Origin: an uncultured Gemmatimonadales bacterium
GTDB lineage: Bacteria; Gemmatimonadota; Gemmatimonadetes; Longimicrobiales; Gaopeijiaceae
Length of the DNA: 64,000 bases
Direction of reading: 5' to 3'
Assembly: GCA_963823035.1 (NCBI GenBank)
Contig: CAWGKG010000004.1
Coordinates: 384,001 to 448,000 of the forward strand
The notes beneath the pieces were generated by a model. It was not told the origin of the DNA, did no database searches, and saw only the letters and a program-made list of their open reading frames with translations. Below, in pieces: positions 47,317 through 58,893 of this stretch. The position numbers and the translations under genes were made by a program. The stretch's first letter is position 1. Every line of letters begins with the position of its first letter.

Positions 47317-49035
47317 TCAGCGCCCGCCCATCGCTCCTCCCCGCGTGCCGGCGACGATGAACATCCTTCCCGAGTGCGCGCCGGACACCGCGCTCCACGC
47401 CGACGTGAGGAGGAGGTCGATCGCGCCGTCGCCGTCCACGTCGCCCACGCCGGTCGCGTCGAAGCCGAGCGTCTCCCCCATCACCTTCCCGGTGAGCGTG
47501 CGCAGCAGCGATCCGTCCGCGCCCGAGTAGAGGTAGACCTTCCCACCCGACGGCGCGGCCTCGTGGTTCTGCCACGCGCCGACCACCAGGTCGGCGTGCC
47601 CGTCGCCGTTCACGTCGCCCGCGTCCGCCACGCCGATCCCGAAGCCGTCGCCCGCCGCCTCGCCGGTGAGCGTATAGATCCGGTGGCCGTCCGCGCCCGA
47701 GTGGACGTAGAGCCGCCCTGCGCCCTGCAGCCCGTCCTTGCCGTTGCCGGGCCAGTCGGAGGCGTACACGTCGGTGACGCCGTCGCCGTCGACATCGCCG
47801 ACGGCCGACACGAACATCCCGCCGAGCTGCGCTCCCTCGGGGTCGGAGTCGATCACGAAGGAGGGCTGCTCGGCCAGCCGCTGGTAGACGTACACGCGCC
47901 CGCGGTCGCCCTCACCGGCACCGGGCGCGCCGACGATGAGCGTCATGCGCCCGTCCCGCATCCCGCCGCCGCTCGTCGAGCCGAAGCGGTCGCCGGCCTC
48001 CTCCCCGGTGAGCGTGAGCAGCGCCGAGCCGTCGGCACCCGAGAAGACGTAGGCGCGACCGGCGTCCTGTCCCGCCGCGTCGTTGAGCGGCGCTCCGACC
48101 ACGAAGTCGGCGTGCCCGTCGCCGTTCACGTCGCCCAGGTCGGCCACATGCTGGCCGAACGCCTCGCCGGACTGCCGTGCGGGGACCTCGAGGAGCACGC
48201 GGCCATCGTTCCCGGAGAAGACGACGGCCCGGTCGCCATACGGCGCCCCCGCCAGCACGTCCGGGGTCCCGTCGCCGTTCACGTCACCGGCGGCCTCCAC
48301 CCCCAGCCCGAGCTGATCGCCGGGGTGTCCCTCGGCGCTCCACAGGAGCGCGCCGGTACCGGAGGAGTAGACGTACACCTTTCCGGTCGCGCTACCGTCG
48401 GGCTTCGCCCCCCAACTGGGCGCCGAGGTCACGACGTCGTGCACGCCGTCGCCGTCCACGTCGCCGATGTCGCGTGCGATCCACCCGAACTGGTCGCCCT
48501 TGCCCTCACCGCGCCACTCCCGGAGGATGCGCGCCGGCTCCACGAACGGGTCGTCGTACTCCGCCGCGGACGGCAGAAGGGCCTGGTAGCGCGGATCGTC
48601 GCGGAGGATGTCGCCCGCCGGGTCGAGATCGACAGCGGTGACGTCCATCCCCGCGTCCCTGGCGCGCGTCAGCCACGCGAACGCCCGATCGAGGTGGCCC
48701 GCCTGCGCCTGCGCCATCCCGCCCTGCAGGAGGGTGCCCCCTGCGTTGGGACGCAGCGGCACGGCCTTCTCGTACGCGGCCACCGCCGCGGGGAAGTCCT
48801 CCAGGCCGCGCAGGCTGTAGCCCAGGAGCGCCCAGGCCAGCCCGTTGTCGGGGTGGCTCGCCGTCACCTCGACCAGCACGTCGCGCGCGGCCGCGAGGTC
48901 GCCCGAGGCCATCGAGCCCTGCGCGGCCTGCAGGGCGTGCTGGACGTCAGGATCGCTCGACTGCGCGGACAGGGGGCCCCACGCGGGCACGCAGAGCACG
49001 AGGGGAAGGGCGACTCGGACGAGGCGTCGGATCAT
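47317..49035 (-). CDS. Secreted TPR plus FG-GAP (integrin-alpha-like) repeat protein
   Basis: N-terminal TPR-like helices; repeated GDVNGDG..D..VGAP and GxVYVYSG motifs. Confidence 0.88.
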   Translation of the reverse strand: MIRRLVRVALPLVLCVPAWGPLSAQSSDPDVQHALQAAQGSMASGDLAAARDVLVEVTASHPDNGLAWALLGYSLRGLEDFPAAVAAYEKAVPLRPNAGGTLLQGGMAQAQAGHLDRAFAWLTRARDAGMDVTAVDLDPAGDILRDDPRYQALLPSAAEYDDPFVEPARILREWRGEGKGDQFGWIARDIGDVDGDGVHDVVTSAPSWGAKPDGSATGKVYVYSSGTGALLWSAEGHPGDQLGLGVEAAGDVNGDGTPDVLAGAPYGDRAVVFSGNDGRVLLEVPARQSGEAFGQHVADLGDVNGDGHADFVVGAPLNDAAGQDAGRAYVFSGADGSALLTLTGEEAGDRFGSTSGGGMRDGRMTLIVGAPGAGEGDRGRVYVYQRLAEQPSFVIDSDPEGAQLGGMFVSAVGDVDGDGVTDVYASDWPGNGKDGLQGAGRLYVHSGADGHRIYTLTGEAAGDGFGIGVADAGDVNGDGHADLVVGAWQNHEAAPSGGKVYLYSGADGSLLRTLTGKVMGETLGFDATGVGDVDGDGAIDLLLTSAWSAVSGAHSGRMFIVAGTRGGAMGGR

Positions 49036-49073
49036 GGAGGGTCTCCGGGATCGGGTTCGGGTCCGGGGGAACG

Positions 49074-49098
49074 TACGTCCGTCCAGGTCGCCGGTTTC
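49074..49098 (-). promoter_or_regulatory. ECF-sigma-type promoter candidate for the FG-GAP gene
   Basis: Minus strand GAAAC-N16-CGTA, matching the SigW-like consensus. Confidence 0.4.
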
Positions 49099-49117
49099 GA
49101 TGCAACGCTTTCGGATC

Positions 49118-49147
49118 TCATGTCATCAACTATACTGTGAGACATGA
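49118..49147. promoter_or_regulatory. Inverted repeat TCATGTC-N16-GACATGA spanning a -10 box (TATACT) and the padR start
   Basis: Arms at 49118-49124 and 49141-49147; TATACT at 49131-49136. Confidence 0.55.
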
Positions 49148-49494
49148 TAATGAACCCTGACGATCTGCTCCCGCTGAGCCCGCCGGTCTACCACGTCCTG
49201 CTGGCGCTCGGGGACGACGCGCTCCACGGCTACGCGATGATGCAGGCCTTCCGGGAGCTGACCGGTGGCACCGAGCACCTCCTTCCCGGAACGCTCTACG
49301 CGACGCTGGCCCGCATGGTCGAGACCGGCCTGATCGAGGAGACCGATCCTCCCGAGGTCGGCGCGGACGCGCGGCGTCGCTACTACCGGGCGACCGCGTT
49401 CGGCCGGCGTGTCGCGGCGGCGGAGACCGCACGCATGTCGCTCCTGGTCGAGGTGGCGCGATCGCGCCGCTTCGCGCGGGAGGACGCCGGATGA
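49144..49494 (+). CDS. PadR-family regulator
   Basis: VYHVLLAL..HGYAMM, PGTLYATL, RRRYYRAT. Confidence 0.92.
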   Translation: MIMNPDDLLPLSPPVYHVLLALGDDALHGYAMMQAFRELTGGTEHLLPGTLYATLARMVETGLIEETDPPEVGADARRRYYRATAFGRRVAAAETARMSLLVEVARSRRFAREDAG

Positions 49495-52258
49495 CCGACG
49501 CCCGGCTGCCTCGCGCACTCTTCGCGCTCTCGCTCCGTGCCTTTCCGCCGGCGTTCCGGCGCAGGCACGCGGCGGAGATGCGCGCCGACTTCGCCGCCGA
49601 CCTGGCCCGGAGGGCCGAGATCGGCGTCCGCGCGGCGGCGGCGTTCACGCTGCTGGCGTCGTGGGACGCGATGCGTCAGGGGCTGAAGGAGCGGACGCGG
49701 CGGGGATCCCCGCCGGGACATGGAAGCCAGCGACCCGATGAGGGGAGGAGGGGTGGAATGCTCGAAGGACTCGTGGGAGACGTGCGGCTCGGAATCAGGG
49801 CGGTGAGGCGCGCTCCGGGATTCACGGCCGCCGCCGTGATCGTGCTGGCGCTCGGCATCGGCGCGAACACCACCGTGTTCAGCGCGCTGAAGATGGCCCT
49901 CCTCACGCCCCTTCCGTACCCCGGTGCCGATCGGCTCGTGATGTTCGATCTCACGTTCCGGCGCTCCGGCGAGGGTGCGGCGCGCCCCTCCGTGTGGTCC
50001 TACCCCAAGTTCCAGGCGCTGGTGGAGGCGGACGACCGGCCGGTGGACCCCGTCGTGGGCTACGCGCAGCGCAACGCCACGCTGAGCGAGCCGGGGGATC
50101 CGGCCCTCGTCCCCGTCGAGCTCGTCTCGCCCGGCTACTTCTCCCTCCTGGGGATGGATCCGATCCTGGGCCGCGGCTTCGGTCCCGACGAGGGCGACGC
50201 CGCGGACCCACGCCTCGTCGCCGTGCTCTCCTACGGAAGCTGGCGCACCCGATTCGGCGGCGACCCGGAGGTCGTCGGCCGCACGGTCACGCTCAACGGC
50301 AAGCGCGTGGACGTCGTGGGCGTGGCGCCTCCCGGCTTCGAGGGACTCACCGGGGGCTCGACGTTGTGGGTGCCGATGGCCTCGGCCGCCGAGCTCTTCA
50401 ACCGTTTCATGATCACGGGCGCGCAGGCGCACTGGCTCCACGTCGTCGGCAGGCTCCGCGACGACGTCACGCTCGACCGTGCCCGGGCGCAGGCTACGTC
50501 GATCGGCGACGCGATCGCCGAGCGCTTCCCGTTGGAGGACTCGAACAGCGTCTACGGCGCGGACGTGCGCGCGCTCGCGGACGTACGCGTCAACGAGGGG
50601 GCGCGGGCCGCTGTCCTCCTCCTCTCGCTCGCCGCGGCGCTGGTCCTGTTGGTGGCGTGTGCGAACCTCTCGGGGCTGCTCCTCGCACGCGCCAAGCGGC
50701 GCGCCCGCGACGGCGCGGTGCGCCTGGCCGTCGGCGCGTCTCGCTGGCGGCTCGTGCGGGGCTCGCTCGTGGAGAGCGCCGTGCTCGCTATCCTGGGGGG
50801 AGGCGTGGGCGTTCTCGTCGCGCTCTGGGGGACGCGGGCGATGGCGGCGGCCTGGCCCGCCCGCTTCCTGAGCAGCGGTGACGGGGAGATGCGGGTCACG
50901 GACCCCGCGTCCCTCACCCTCGATGGGACGGTCCTCGGCTACGCCCTCCTCGTCACGGCGTTGACCGCGCTGCTCTTCGGGGTGGTGCCGGCGTTGCGCG
51001 CCTCGAGGGGCGATCTGGTCGGTCGCCTCAAGGAGGGCGGAGGCTCCACGCGTCGGGGCCGGCGCGTCCTCGGCCTCGATACCCGCGGCGCGCTGGTGGG
51101 CGCCCAGGTGGCGCTCGCCCTGGTGCTGCTGGTCGGCGCGGCCCTCCTGGGGCGCAGCACGCAGCGCCTCCTCGACGTGGACCTGGGCTTCGACGCCCCC
51201 GACCTCCTCACCTTCGGCTACTCCATCCCGAGGACGAGCGCCTGGGCCGACGACGCCTCGGCGTTCCACGCCCGCTTCCTCGAGCGCGTGGCGGCGCTCC
51301 CGGACGTCGAGGGCGTGAGCGTCGGCACGGCGCCGCTCTCGGGCCACTGGTCGATCACCCTCGTGCAAGACGTGCCGGGGCGGCCGGCGATCGCGGAGGG
51401 GGAGGGCCCGCCCATCGGCATCCACCTCGTGGGTGACGACTACTTCCGGACGCTCGGGGTGCCCGTGCTGTCCGGCCGCGCCCTGGACACGCGCGACGGG
51501 GTGGGAAGGGAGGCGCACCTCGTCCTGAGCGAGACGGCGGCGCGCCGCATCTTCGGCGAGGAGGATCCCATCGGCCGGCGCATCCGGGTCGGCATCTCGG
51601 CGGACGACAAGGACGCGTACGCCGTCGTGGTCGGTGTGGTGGGCGACGTCCGCTACAACCGCCCGGACGAGGACGTCCTTCCCGAGGCGTACTACTCGAG
51701 CCGGGAGTTCGGCGACCGTACGGTGAGCGTGCTGGTGCGCACGAGCCGGCGACCCACGCGCGGTGCTTCCGGCCGTGCGCGCCGAGCTCGCCGCCCTCGA
51801 CCCGCGCCTGCCGATCTTCGCGGTGTCGACGGGAGACGACCTCATCGCGGCCGCCGCGGGCGACCGGAGGATCGTGCTCGCGCTGCTCACGCTCTTTGCG
51901 CTGGTGACCGTCCTCCTGGCCGCGACGGGTACGTGGGGGATCGTCGCCTACGCGGTCGCCGAGCGGCGGCGGGAGCTGGGGCTGCGCATCGCGCTGGGGG
52001 CCGAGAGCGGGCGCATCGTCGGGATCGTCCTCGGGCAGGAGCGTGGCCGTGGCCGTCGTGGGGGTCGCCCTGGGCCTGGCGGGCGCCTGGGCCGCCTCGC
52101 GGCTCCTGACCACCTTCCTCTTCCAGACGAGCACGCTCGATCCACTCGCCTATGCGGGAGGGGCCGCGCTCCTCCTCGCCGTCGTGCTGCTGGCGAGCTG
52201 GCTGCCGGCGCGCCGCGCCACGCTCGTCGACCCCTCCGAGGCGCTGCGGGCGGAATAG
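49491..52258 (+). CDS. Duplicated MacB/FtsX-like ABC permease (ADOP type; frameshifts near 51750 and 52035)
   Basis: FPPAFRRRH prefix domain, LGIGANTTVFS, ACANLSGL, ELGLRIALGA, DPSEALRAE. Confidence 0.9.
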
Positions 52259-52450
52259 CTCCGCGCGTCCTCGCGGCGCCGCTCCGGGAGCTTCCGCCGG
52301 AGCGGCGCGCCGCGGTGATGCTTGCGTCGCCGGCCCTTGGAACGAAGAGTAGGGGCCTCGGGGCGCTCTCCGCCGGTCCGCGCTCGCGCCGGCCGGCACC
52401 TTCACCGCCCCGTCTGCCCATCCACCGACCCCAACACCGGCGAGGCACCC

Positions 52451-53719
52451 ATGTCGGGCTCGGGACTCGAATTCCTGACGGACCTCCTTCCGTGGTCGAA
52501 GCGCCGTCCACGGATCTTCATCAGCTATCGCCGTCGCGGTGACAGCGCCGGCTTCGCGGCTCGCCTCGCGGACCGGCTGGTCGCGCATTTCGGCGACGAG
52601 CAATGCTTCCGCGACATCGAGGACATCGAGTCGGGGATGGACTTCGTGGAGGCGATCGAGGACGCCGTGGCGTCCTCGCGCGTCATGGTGGTCGTCATCG
52701 GAACGGACTGGGTCACGGTCAAGGGCGCCGACGGCCGGCGCCGACTCGACAACCCCGACGACTTCGTTCGCATCGAGGTAGCCACCGCGCTGCGCCGCGG
52801 TATCCGCGTGATCCCGGTTCTCGTGGCGGGGGCCACCATGCCCACCGGCGAGGGCCTGCCCGACGAGCTCCAGGGCCTCTGGCGCCGGCAGGCACTCGAG
52901 CTGAGCGACAGCCGGTGGGACTACGACGTCGGGCAACTCACGTCGGCCATCGAGGGGATGGGGATCCGCAACAAGCAGAAGCGGGCGGCCACGGTGCTCG
53001 CGCGCAGGCTCCGCTGGGGAGGGATCGCCGCGGCCGTGGCCGCGGTCGTGCTCTTCGGGATCGGCGTGATCGTCGACAATCTGGACACGCTCCGAGGCGG
53101 TGCCGAGCCGAACACCCTCCTCGACGCCGGCGCGGCGATCCAGTCGCCCGCGCAGGATGCGGGTGTCCAGGGGTCGGTGGATCCCGCGCCCCGGGACATG
53201 CGGGATGTGGCCTCCGAAACGGTGCGCCAGCCCTCGATGCAGTCGTCGCCTCCCCCCGCCGAGGAGGTCCCCGCCCGGCGGGTAGCCCCGCCACCGAGCG
53301 CGGTGGACCGCTACCGCGACGCGCTCGTCGAGGCCATCGACGAGGGCAACGAGGCGCAGAACTACGCCCAGGAGACCCTCGACATCTCGGCGCTGGCCGA
53401 CATCTTCACGGGCGCTGCGCTCCAGATGAACGTCCTCGCCGTGGGGCGGCTCTATCAGGGGGGCGAGCTGTCGTTCAACACGCTGCTCTCCCAGCGCTTC
53501 GGCGAGTTCCGCATCGATCCGACGGAGACGATCGCGCAGGTAGACGTCGTGGAGCGGTGGAGCGCCGAGCATCGGAGCGCGATCACCGGGGCGTGCATGC
53601 ACCGCATTCCCCCGGCCGACGTGCCGCAGACGGTCCATCTCCGGCGCAACGGGGCCTATTGGGTCATCGAGAACATCACCGGGGAAGCCTTCACCGAGCC
53701 CGACCCGGTGGGCTGCTGA
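52451..53719 (+). CDS. TIR-domain membrane protein
   Basis: IFISYRR, FRDIEDI..GMDF, VVIGTDW, DFVRIEV, VIPVLV; TM WGGIAAAVAAVVLFGIGVIV. Confidence 0.88.
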   Translation: MSGSGLEFLTDLLPWSKRRPRIFISYRRRGDSAGFAARLADRLVAHFGDEQCFRDIEDIESGMDFVEAIEDAVASSRVMVVVIGTDWVTVKGADGRRRLDNPDDFVRIEVATALRRGIRVIPVLVAGATMPTGEGLPDELQGLWRRQALELSDSRWDYDVGQLTSAIEGMGIRNKQKRAATVLARRLRWGGIAAAVAAVVLFGIGVIVDNLDTLRGGAEPNTLLDAGAAIQSPAQDAGVQGSVDPAPRDMRDVASETVRQPSMQSSPPPAEEVPARRVAPPPSAVDRYRDALVEAIDEGNEAQNYAQETLDISALADIFTGAALQMNVLAVGRLYQGGELSFNTLLSQRFGEFRIDPTETIAQVDVVERWSAEHRSAITGACMHRIPPADVPQTVHLRRNGAYWVIENITGEAFTEPDPVGC

Positions 53720-53928
53720 CGGAGGTCGGACGGCAGGCCGTCGGGGCCCTTCGACCGGACGCCGGCATGCGCCGGAGGATGCGGTCCCGACAACTACGGA
53801 GCCCGTGCGGGGATCTTCCCCACCGGCCCCGGGCCGCCCTCCCCGACAGCCTCCGCCGGCCGCATCCTGGCACCTTTTCTCCGTGAGCGGGTCCACGCGG
53901 GATCCGCCTGCCCACGCGGAGGGACGAC

Positions 53929-55212
53929 GTGCACCACAGCCGGTGGAAACGGAGCGGGGGGACGTCCCGGGCGCAGCGGCGGTCACCCCGGCGCCCATGG
54001 CGGATCGGGACATCCCGGCATGCCGCGGGATTTCGACACAGGCGCCCTTCCTCGTCATCTGGGAGACGACGCAGGCATGTGACCTCGCCTGCAAGCACTG
54101 CAGGGCGGAGGCGCAGCCGAACCGGCACTCCGGACGGAGCTGACCACGGCGGAGGCGCGCACGCTGCTCGAGGACGTGCGTCGCTTCGGTCCGATCATCT
54201 TCGTCTTCTCCGGCGGCGACGCGCTCAAGCGCGCCGACATCGTCGAGCTGACCCGCTACGGCGTCCGAGCTCGGCCTGCGCATGGCGATCACGCCCGCGA
54301 CCACGCCGCTGTGCAGCGCGGAGCGCCTGCGCGAGCTGCACGAGGCCGGGATGGCCCGCCTGGCGGTCAGCCTGGACGGATCGACCGCGGCGGTGCACGA
54401 CGAGTTCCGGCAGGTGCGTGGCTCCTTCGACCACGGGCTGCGCATCCTGCGGACCGCCCGCGAGGTCGGGATGTCCACGCAGGTGAACACGGTGGTGGCG
54501 CGCCACAACGTGCAGGACTTCCCCGTGATGGCCGAGCTGCTCTCCGAGCTGGGCATCGTCTTCTGGGAGGTGTTCTTCCTGATCCCGATGGGCCGCGCCC
54601 GCCCCGAGGACGTGGCCGGCGCCGACGCGTTCGAGCGGGTGTTCAACGAGCTCTACGACCTGGCCAAGACCGTGCCCTTCGACATCAAGGCGACCGCGGC
54701 GCCCCACTACTCGCGTGTGGTGCTGCAGCGAAAGGTCGCCGAGCGGCGCGCGGGCGTGCGCGACGAGGCGAGCGACGTGCTCACGGACGGCGTCGGGCCA
54801 CTCGCTGCGTCGACGGCATCGGCAGGGCGCGTGGCGTGAACGACGGCGACGGCTTCCTCTTCGTCAGCCACGTCGGCGAGATCTTCCCGTCGGGGTTCCT
54901 GCCGAACTCGGCGGGCAACGTGCGTACGCACGACCTGGTCGACACGTACCGGCACGCGCCTCTCTTCAAGGCGCTGCGCGACCGGAGCCGGATCAAGGGG
55001 AAGTGCTCGGTGTGCGAGTACCTCCAGGTGTGCGGAGGAAGCCGTGCCCGCGCCTTCGCGGTCACCGGCGATCCGCTGGAAGCGGAGCCCTTCTGCGCCC
55101 ACGTTGCCGCTGCGCTGGCAGACGGATGGTCGAGGCGGGCGAGGCGGAGCCGGACGAGGCGTACTTCGCGCACCGCGCGCTCCGGCAGGGAATCCCGCTG
55201 ACGGTGCTCTGA
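53929..55212 (+). CDS. Radical SAM/SPASM protein, NirJ/AhbD-like (TIGR04053-type); several frameshifts, start approximate
   Basis: VIWETTQACDLACKHCRA, FSGGD, SLDG..HDEFR, GKCSVCEY..CGGSRARA. Confidence 0.85.
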
Positions 55213-55298
55213 GCCGGGCCCTCGCGACCCCGTAGGCTGGCGCCCTCGATTAGCTTCCGGGCTCCACGACCTCGATCCTCCTGAAGCCGGATAGCTCC

Positions 55299-56151
55299 AT
55301 GATCGCCTTCTACGGGATGGGCCTCCTGGGCTCGAACTTCGTGCGCGCCCTGCTCGAGCGCGGCGAGACCGTCCACGTCTGGAATCGCACCGCCGAGCGA
55401 GCCCGCGCGCTCCAGCCGGACGGCGCCGTCTCCTTCGACGACCCGGCGGAGGCGGCACGCGGCGCCGAGCGCGTCCACCTCACCCTCTCCGACGACGCCG
55501 CGGTGGACGAGGTCCTCGAGCGGGCGCGCGGCGGCTTCGACGCGGGGGTGACGATCGTCGACCACACGACGACCTCGCGCGCCGGGGCGGCAGAGCGCGA
55601 CACGCCGGTGGGCGGAGCGCGGCGTCGTCTACCAGCACGCGCCGGTGTTCATGGGACCGGGCAACGCGAGGGAGGGCACGGGCTTCATGCTCGCGTCCGG
55701 CGCGCGCGCGCGCTTCGATGCGCTCGAGCCCGAGCTCGCGAAGATGACGGGGAAGGTGGTGTACCTGGGGCCGGAGCCCGACCGGGCCGCGGCCTTCAAG
55801 CTGATGGGGAACCTCTTCCTCCTCACCATGACCACGGGGCTGGTCGAGATGCTCTCGCTTGCGAAGGCCATGGGCGTCGACGCGGCCGAGGCGGCCTCGC
55901 TGTTCGACTGGCTGAATTTCGGCGCCTCGGTCCCCGCCAGGATCGGACGCATCCTCGAGGCCGACTTCGTCCATCCGTCGTGGGAGCTGGCCATGGCGCG
56001 CAAGGACGCCCGCCTCATGCTCGAGGAGGCGGGCGCGGCCGAGGTGCCCCTGGCCGTCATCCCCGCGATCGCGCGTGAGATGGACCGGTGGATCGAGAAG
56101 GGCCACGCCCACGACGACTGGACGGTGATCGCGAAGGACGCGCTGGCATGA
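55299..56151 (+). CDS. NAD(P)-dependent oxidoreductase, 3-hydroxyisobutyrate dehydrogenase-like (frameshift near 55600)
   Basis: GMGLLG, VWNRT, DHTT, HAPVFMGP, FKLMGN, MARKD. Confidence 0.88.
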
Positions 56152-56237
56152 CGTGATCGCGGGGGGGTGAGAAGAAAACGGGCTCGGCAGCGTCCTACAG
56201 GTGATCGCCGTAGCCCGTCCGCGTACCGGGACCGACC

Positions 56238-56853
56238 GATGACGTCCTCCTACCTCCCCGCACCCTCTTCAGTGACGTCGGAATCCGACCGCGCGCCCCT
56301 TCCGGACGGGGAGGGCGCGGCCGGCATGAGCACGACGCGTCTCCTGCGCGCCGTGACCGAGGGGCTGCCGCAGAAGCCTCCCCGCCGAAGCGCCACCCGG
56401 TGGCGTGATCGGCGCGCGGCGTGGCTGACGCTCCCGCCCGGCTGGACGCGCGTCCAGGTGGGCGACCTCGTGATCGCGGTCCCGGGCCCGACACCCGGCG
56501 GCACCACGCTTCTCCTCGTGGTGGAGCCGGTGCGCGTGGTGGCGAGCGGTTCCATCGAGGTCGACTTCGGGCGGGCGGCCTCCGAGCCCGGGCTGTGGTT
56601 CCCCGGCGATCCGCCGACGCCGCGGGAGACGATCGAGGGTTGGACGTTCCTCGTCGGCTCGGGGCACCTCGCCCTGAACGGGGCGTCGTACGCGGCCGTC
56701 ACGGCCGTGGCGCGCAGGAACGCGCTCCGGGCGCGCTTCTGGGCGCTGGCCGACTCCGAGGACACGCGCGCGCGCTACGAGTCCGCCGTGCTCGACGCGA
56801 TCACGAGCGTTCGTGGCTTCGTCGAGGGCGCGGCCCGCGATCGGGTGGGGTGA
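56238..56853 (+). CDS. Hypothetical protein (start uncertain)
   Basis: Open frame with a protein-like C-terminal part (LTLPPGWTR..). Confidence 0.4.
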
Positions 56854-56955
56854 GAATCCGAGCCGGGTCTCGGCGTTCTATCCGACATGAGCGGCGCATC
56901 GGCGCGCCGTCCTCCGATCGGCCGGTAGCCGATGCTCCACTCCGGAGGCCTCCCC

Positions 56956-57905
56956 ATGACATCGATCGATTCGACGGTCGGCTCCCCTCCTCGCGCTGCT
57001 CGCGGCGTCCCTCGCGCTCCCCTCCACCGCGAACGCCCAGCTCGGCGGTCTGGCCCGCAGGGCGAAGAAGGCCGTGACGGCCAAGGCGGACGAAGGCGAT
57101 GTACGTTAGCCGCCGCCACCCCCCACGTTCGACGACCGCGTGCTCGAGATCACCGAGCCTCGCCTGGCCGGATTCCTCGAAGGCCTGAAGGTGGAGGCCG
57201 CCGTCGCGAAGGAGCCGGCGAGGGAGGCAGAGGCGAGGAGGCGGCGTACGAGAGCGCGACGAAGGCGTACGAGAAGGCGGAGAAGGAATACAACGCGAAG
57301 ATGGAGACGTACGGGGCGCGTGCGCGGAGCGGTTCCGCGCCGAGGAGGATGAGGGCGAAGGTGGCGAACGAGGCCAGGATGGAGAGCGCGGACGAGATGG
57401 GGGACGACGAGTTCGAGGCGTACGTCGAGGACCTCGCCCGCCGCGGCGAGGAGATCGCCCGCGACGTCGAGGCCGGGAAGAACGATCCCGGAGACCGCAG
57501 CGCAGCCAGCGAGGCGTACGTCCGTCGAGGTCGCCGCGATGCAGGCGGAGCAGAGCGCGCCGCGGCGGCTCGTGATGTCCGGGATGGCGGCGGAGACCCA
57601 TCGAGCGGCGACGGAGGAACCCGCGGCTGGTGGCCGCGTGCGGCGAGGAGCCCGAAGGCCCCCGAGGCGCCGATGTCCCTGACGGGGCCCGAGGGCGTGC
57701 TGGCGCCGACAAGGGCGCCGCCGCCGCGGGACTGAGCGTCGAACAGTACGCGATCATGCGCGAGCGGGTGCTCTACTGGGCCGACGAGGACGGACGTCCC
57801 TTCGGGGATGGGCTTCTCGGTGGACGAGATGGGCCTGCTGACCGAGAAGAAGGACGCGATCGCGCAGGCGGTGAAGGTCATGCGCAAGGCGAAGGTCCCG
57901 CTCTG
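56956..57905 (+). CDS. Hypothetical secreted helical protein (heavily frameshifted)
   Basis: GGAGG RBS; segments AQLGGLARRAKK, AYEKAEKEYNAK and AGLSVEQYAIMRERV lie in different frames. Confidence 0.5.
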
Positions 57906-58845
57906 ATCCGGGGGATCCTCGCGGCCGGCCTCCTGCTCGCGCTGGCCCCCGGCTACCGGACGCCGGGCAGGAGGGCAGCGCCCTCGCCTGTCGCGCGTCG
58001 GGGACGACTGGGTGCCGCTCTGGGAGGAGAGCGCAGCGCCGACGCGGTGGAGCGAAGCGGCTGGAGCCGCTCGCCGACGCGACCGAGATGGAGGGAAGCG
58101 TCGGCAGGCGTCGAGCGGGGCGAGGTCACCATCCGCCGGGAACGGGAGCCGTGGCGGATCCGCGTCGTGCTCGTCCGCATCGACCCGGCCCTGATCGAGC
58201 TGCGGCTGGTCGTGCCGCCCCGGCGCGACGACGGCTTCGCCGGGCGGTGGAGCGTCTCGCAGGCGCCTGCGGAAGCGGTCTTCGCAGTCAATGCCGGACA
58301 GTTCACGAGCGGGCCATGGGGGTGGGTCGTGCAGGGCGGGGAGCGGCGCCAGCGGGCGGGACGGGGCGCGCTCGCGCCCGGCTTCGCGGTGACGACGCGG
58401 GGGCGCGTCGCGCTCCTGCCGCCGGACAGCCTCGATGCCGCGGCGAACGGCGTGGAGGAGGGCTTCCAGTCGTATCCGGCGCTGCTCGTGGGCGACGGTG
58501 CCGTCCCGCCGCCCCTCCTAGCGGCACGGGACGGGGCGTCGACCTGGCGCACCGGGACGGGCGCCTCGCGCTGGGGCTCCTCCGCGACGGCCGGGTCCTG
58601 GTCGCGCTGACGCGCGTGGAGGGGCTGGGCGGGCTGCTGGAGATCGTCCCGTTCGGGCCGACCACGCCGGAGATGGCGGCGCTGATGGGGGCGCTGGGAT
58701 GCCCGCGCGCGGTCCTTCTCGACGGGGCCTCTCGGGCCAGATGATGGTCGTGGAGGACGGGCGGAGGGTGGAGTGGAAGGGGCTGCGGCAGGTCGCGGCG
58801 GGGCTGGTGGGCGTGCCGCGGTCGTGGGCCCGGGCGAGCCGCTGA
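57902..58845 (+). CDS. Phosphodiester glycosidase (NAGPA/DUF2233)-like protein (frameshifted; start uncertain)
   Basis: VRIDP, AVNAGQF, QSYPALL, RLALG, MAALMGALGC..AVLLDG. Confidence 0.7.
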
Positions 58846-58893
58846 CCCGTGCTCACTTACGCGGCGCCTGCGGGAGCCTATCTTCCTCGGCGC

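Noticed and set aside
47400..48480. Repeated GTCGCCGTT/CCACGTCGCC-like DNA motifs
   Set aside because: They encode FG-GAP protein repeats and are not a CRISPR array.
53776..53868. 11-bp long-range pairing upstream of the radical SAM gene, possible riboswitch
   Set aside because: No recognisable riboswitch consensus; such pairing is plausible by chance at this GC content. An Rfam scan would settle it.
53868..53882. TGGCAC as a sigma-54 -24 box (also near 2167)
   Set aside because: No GC at the -12 position.
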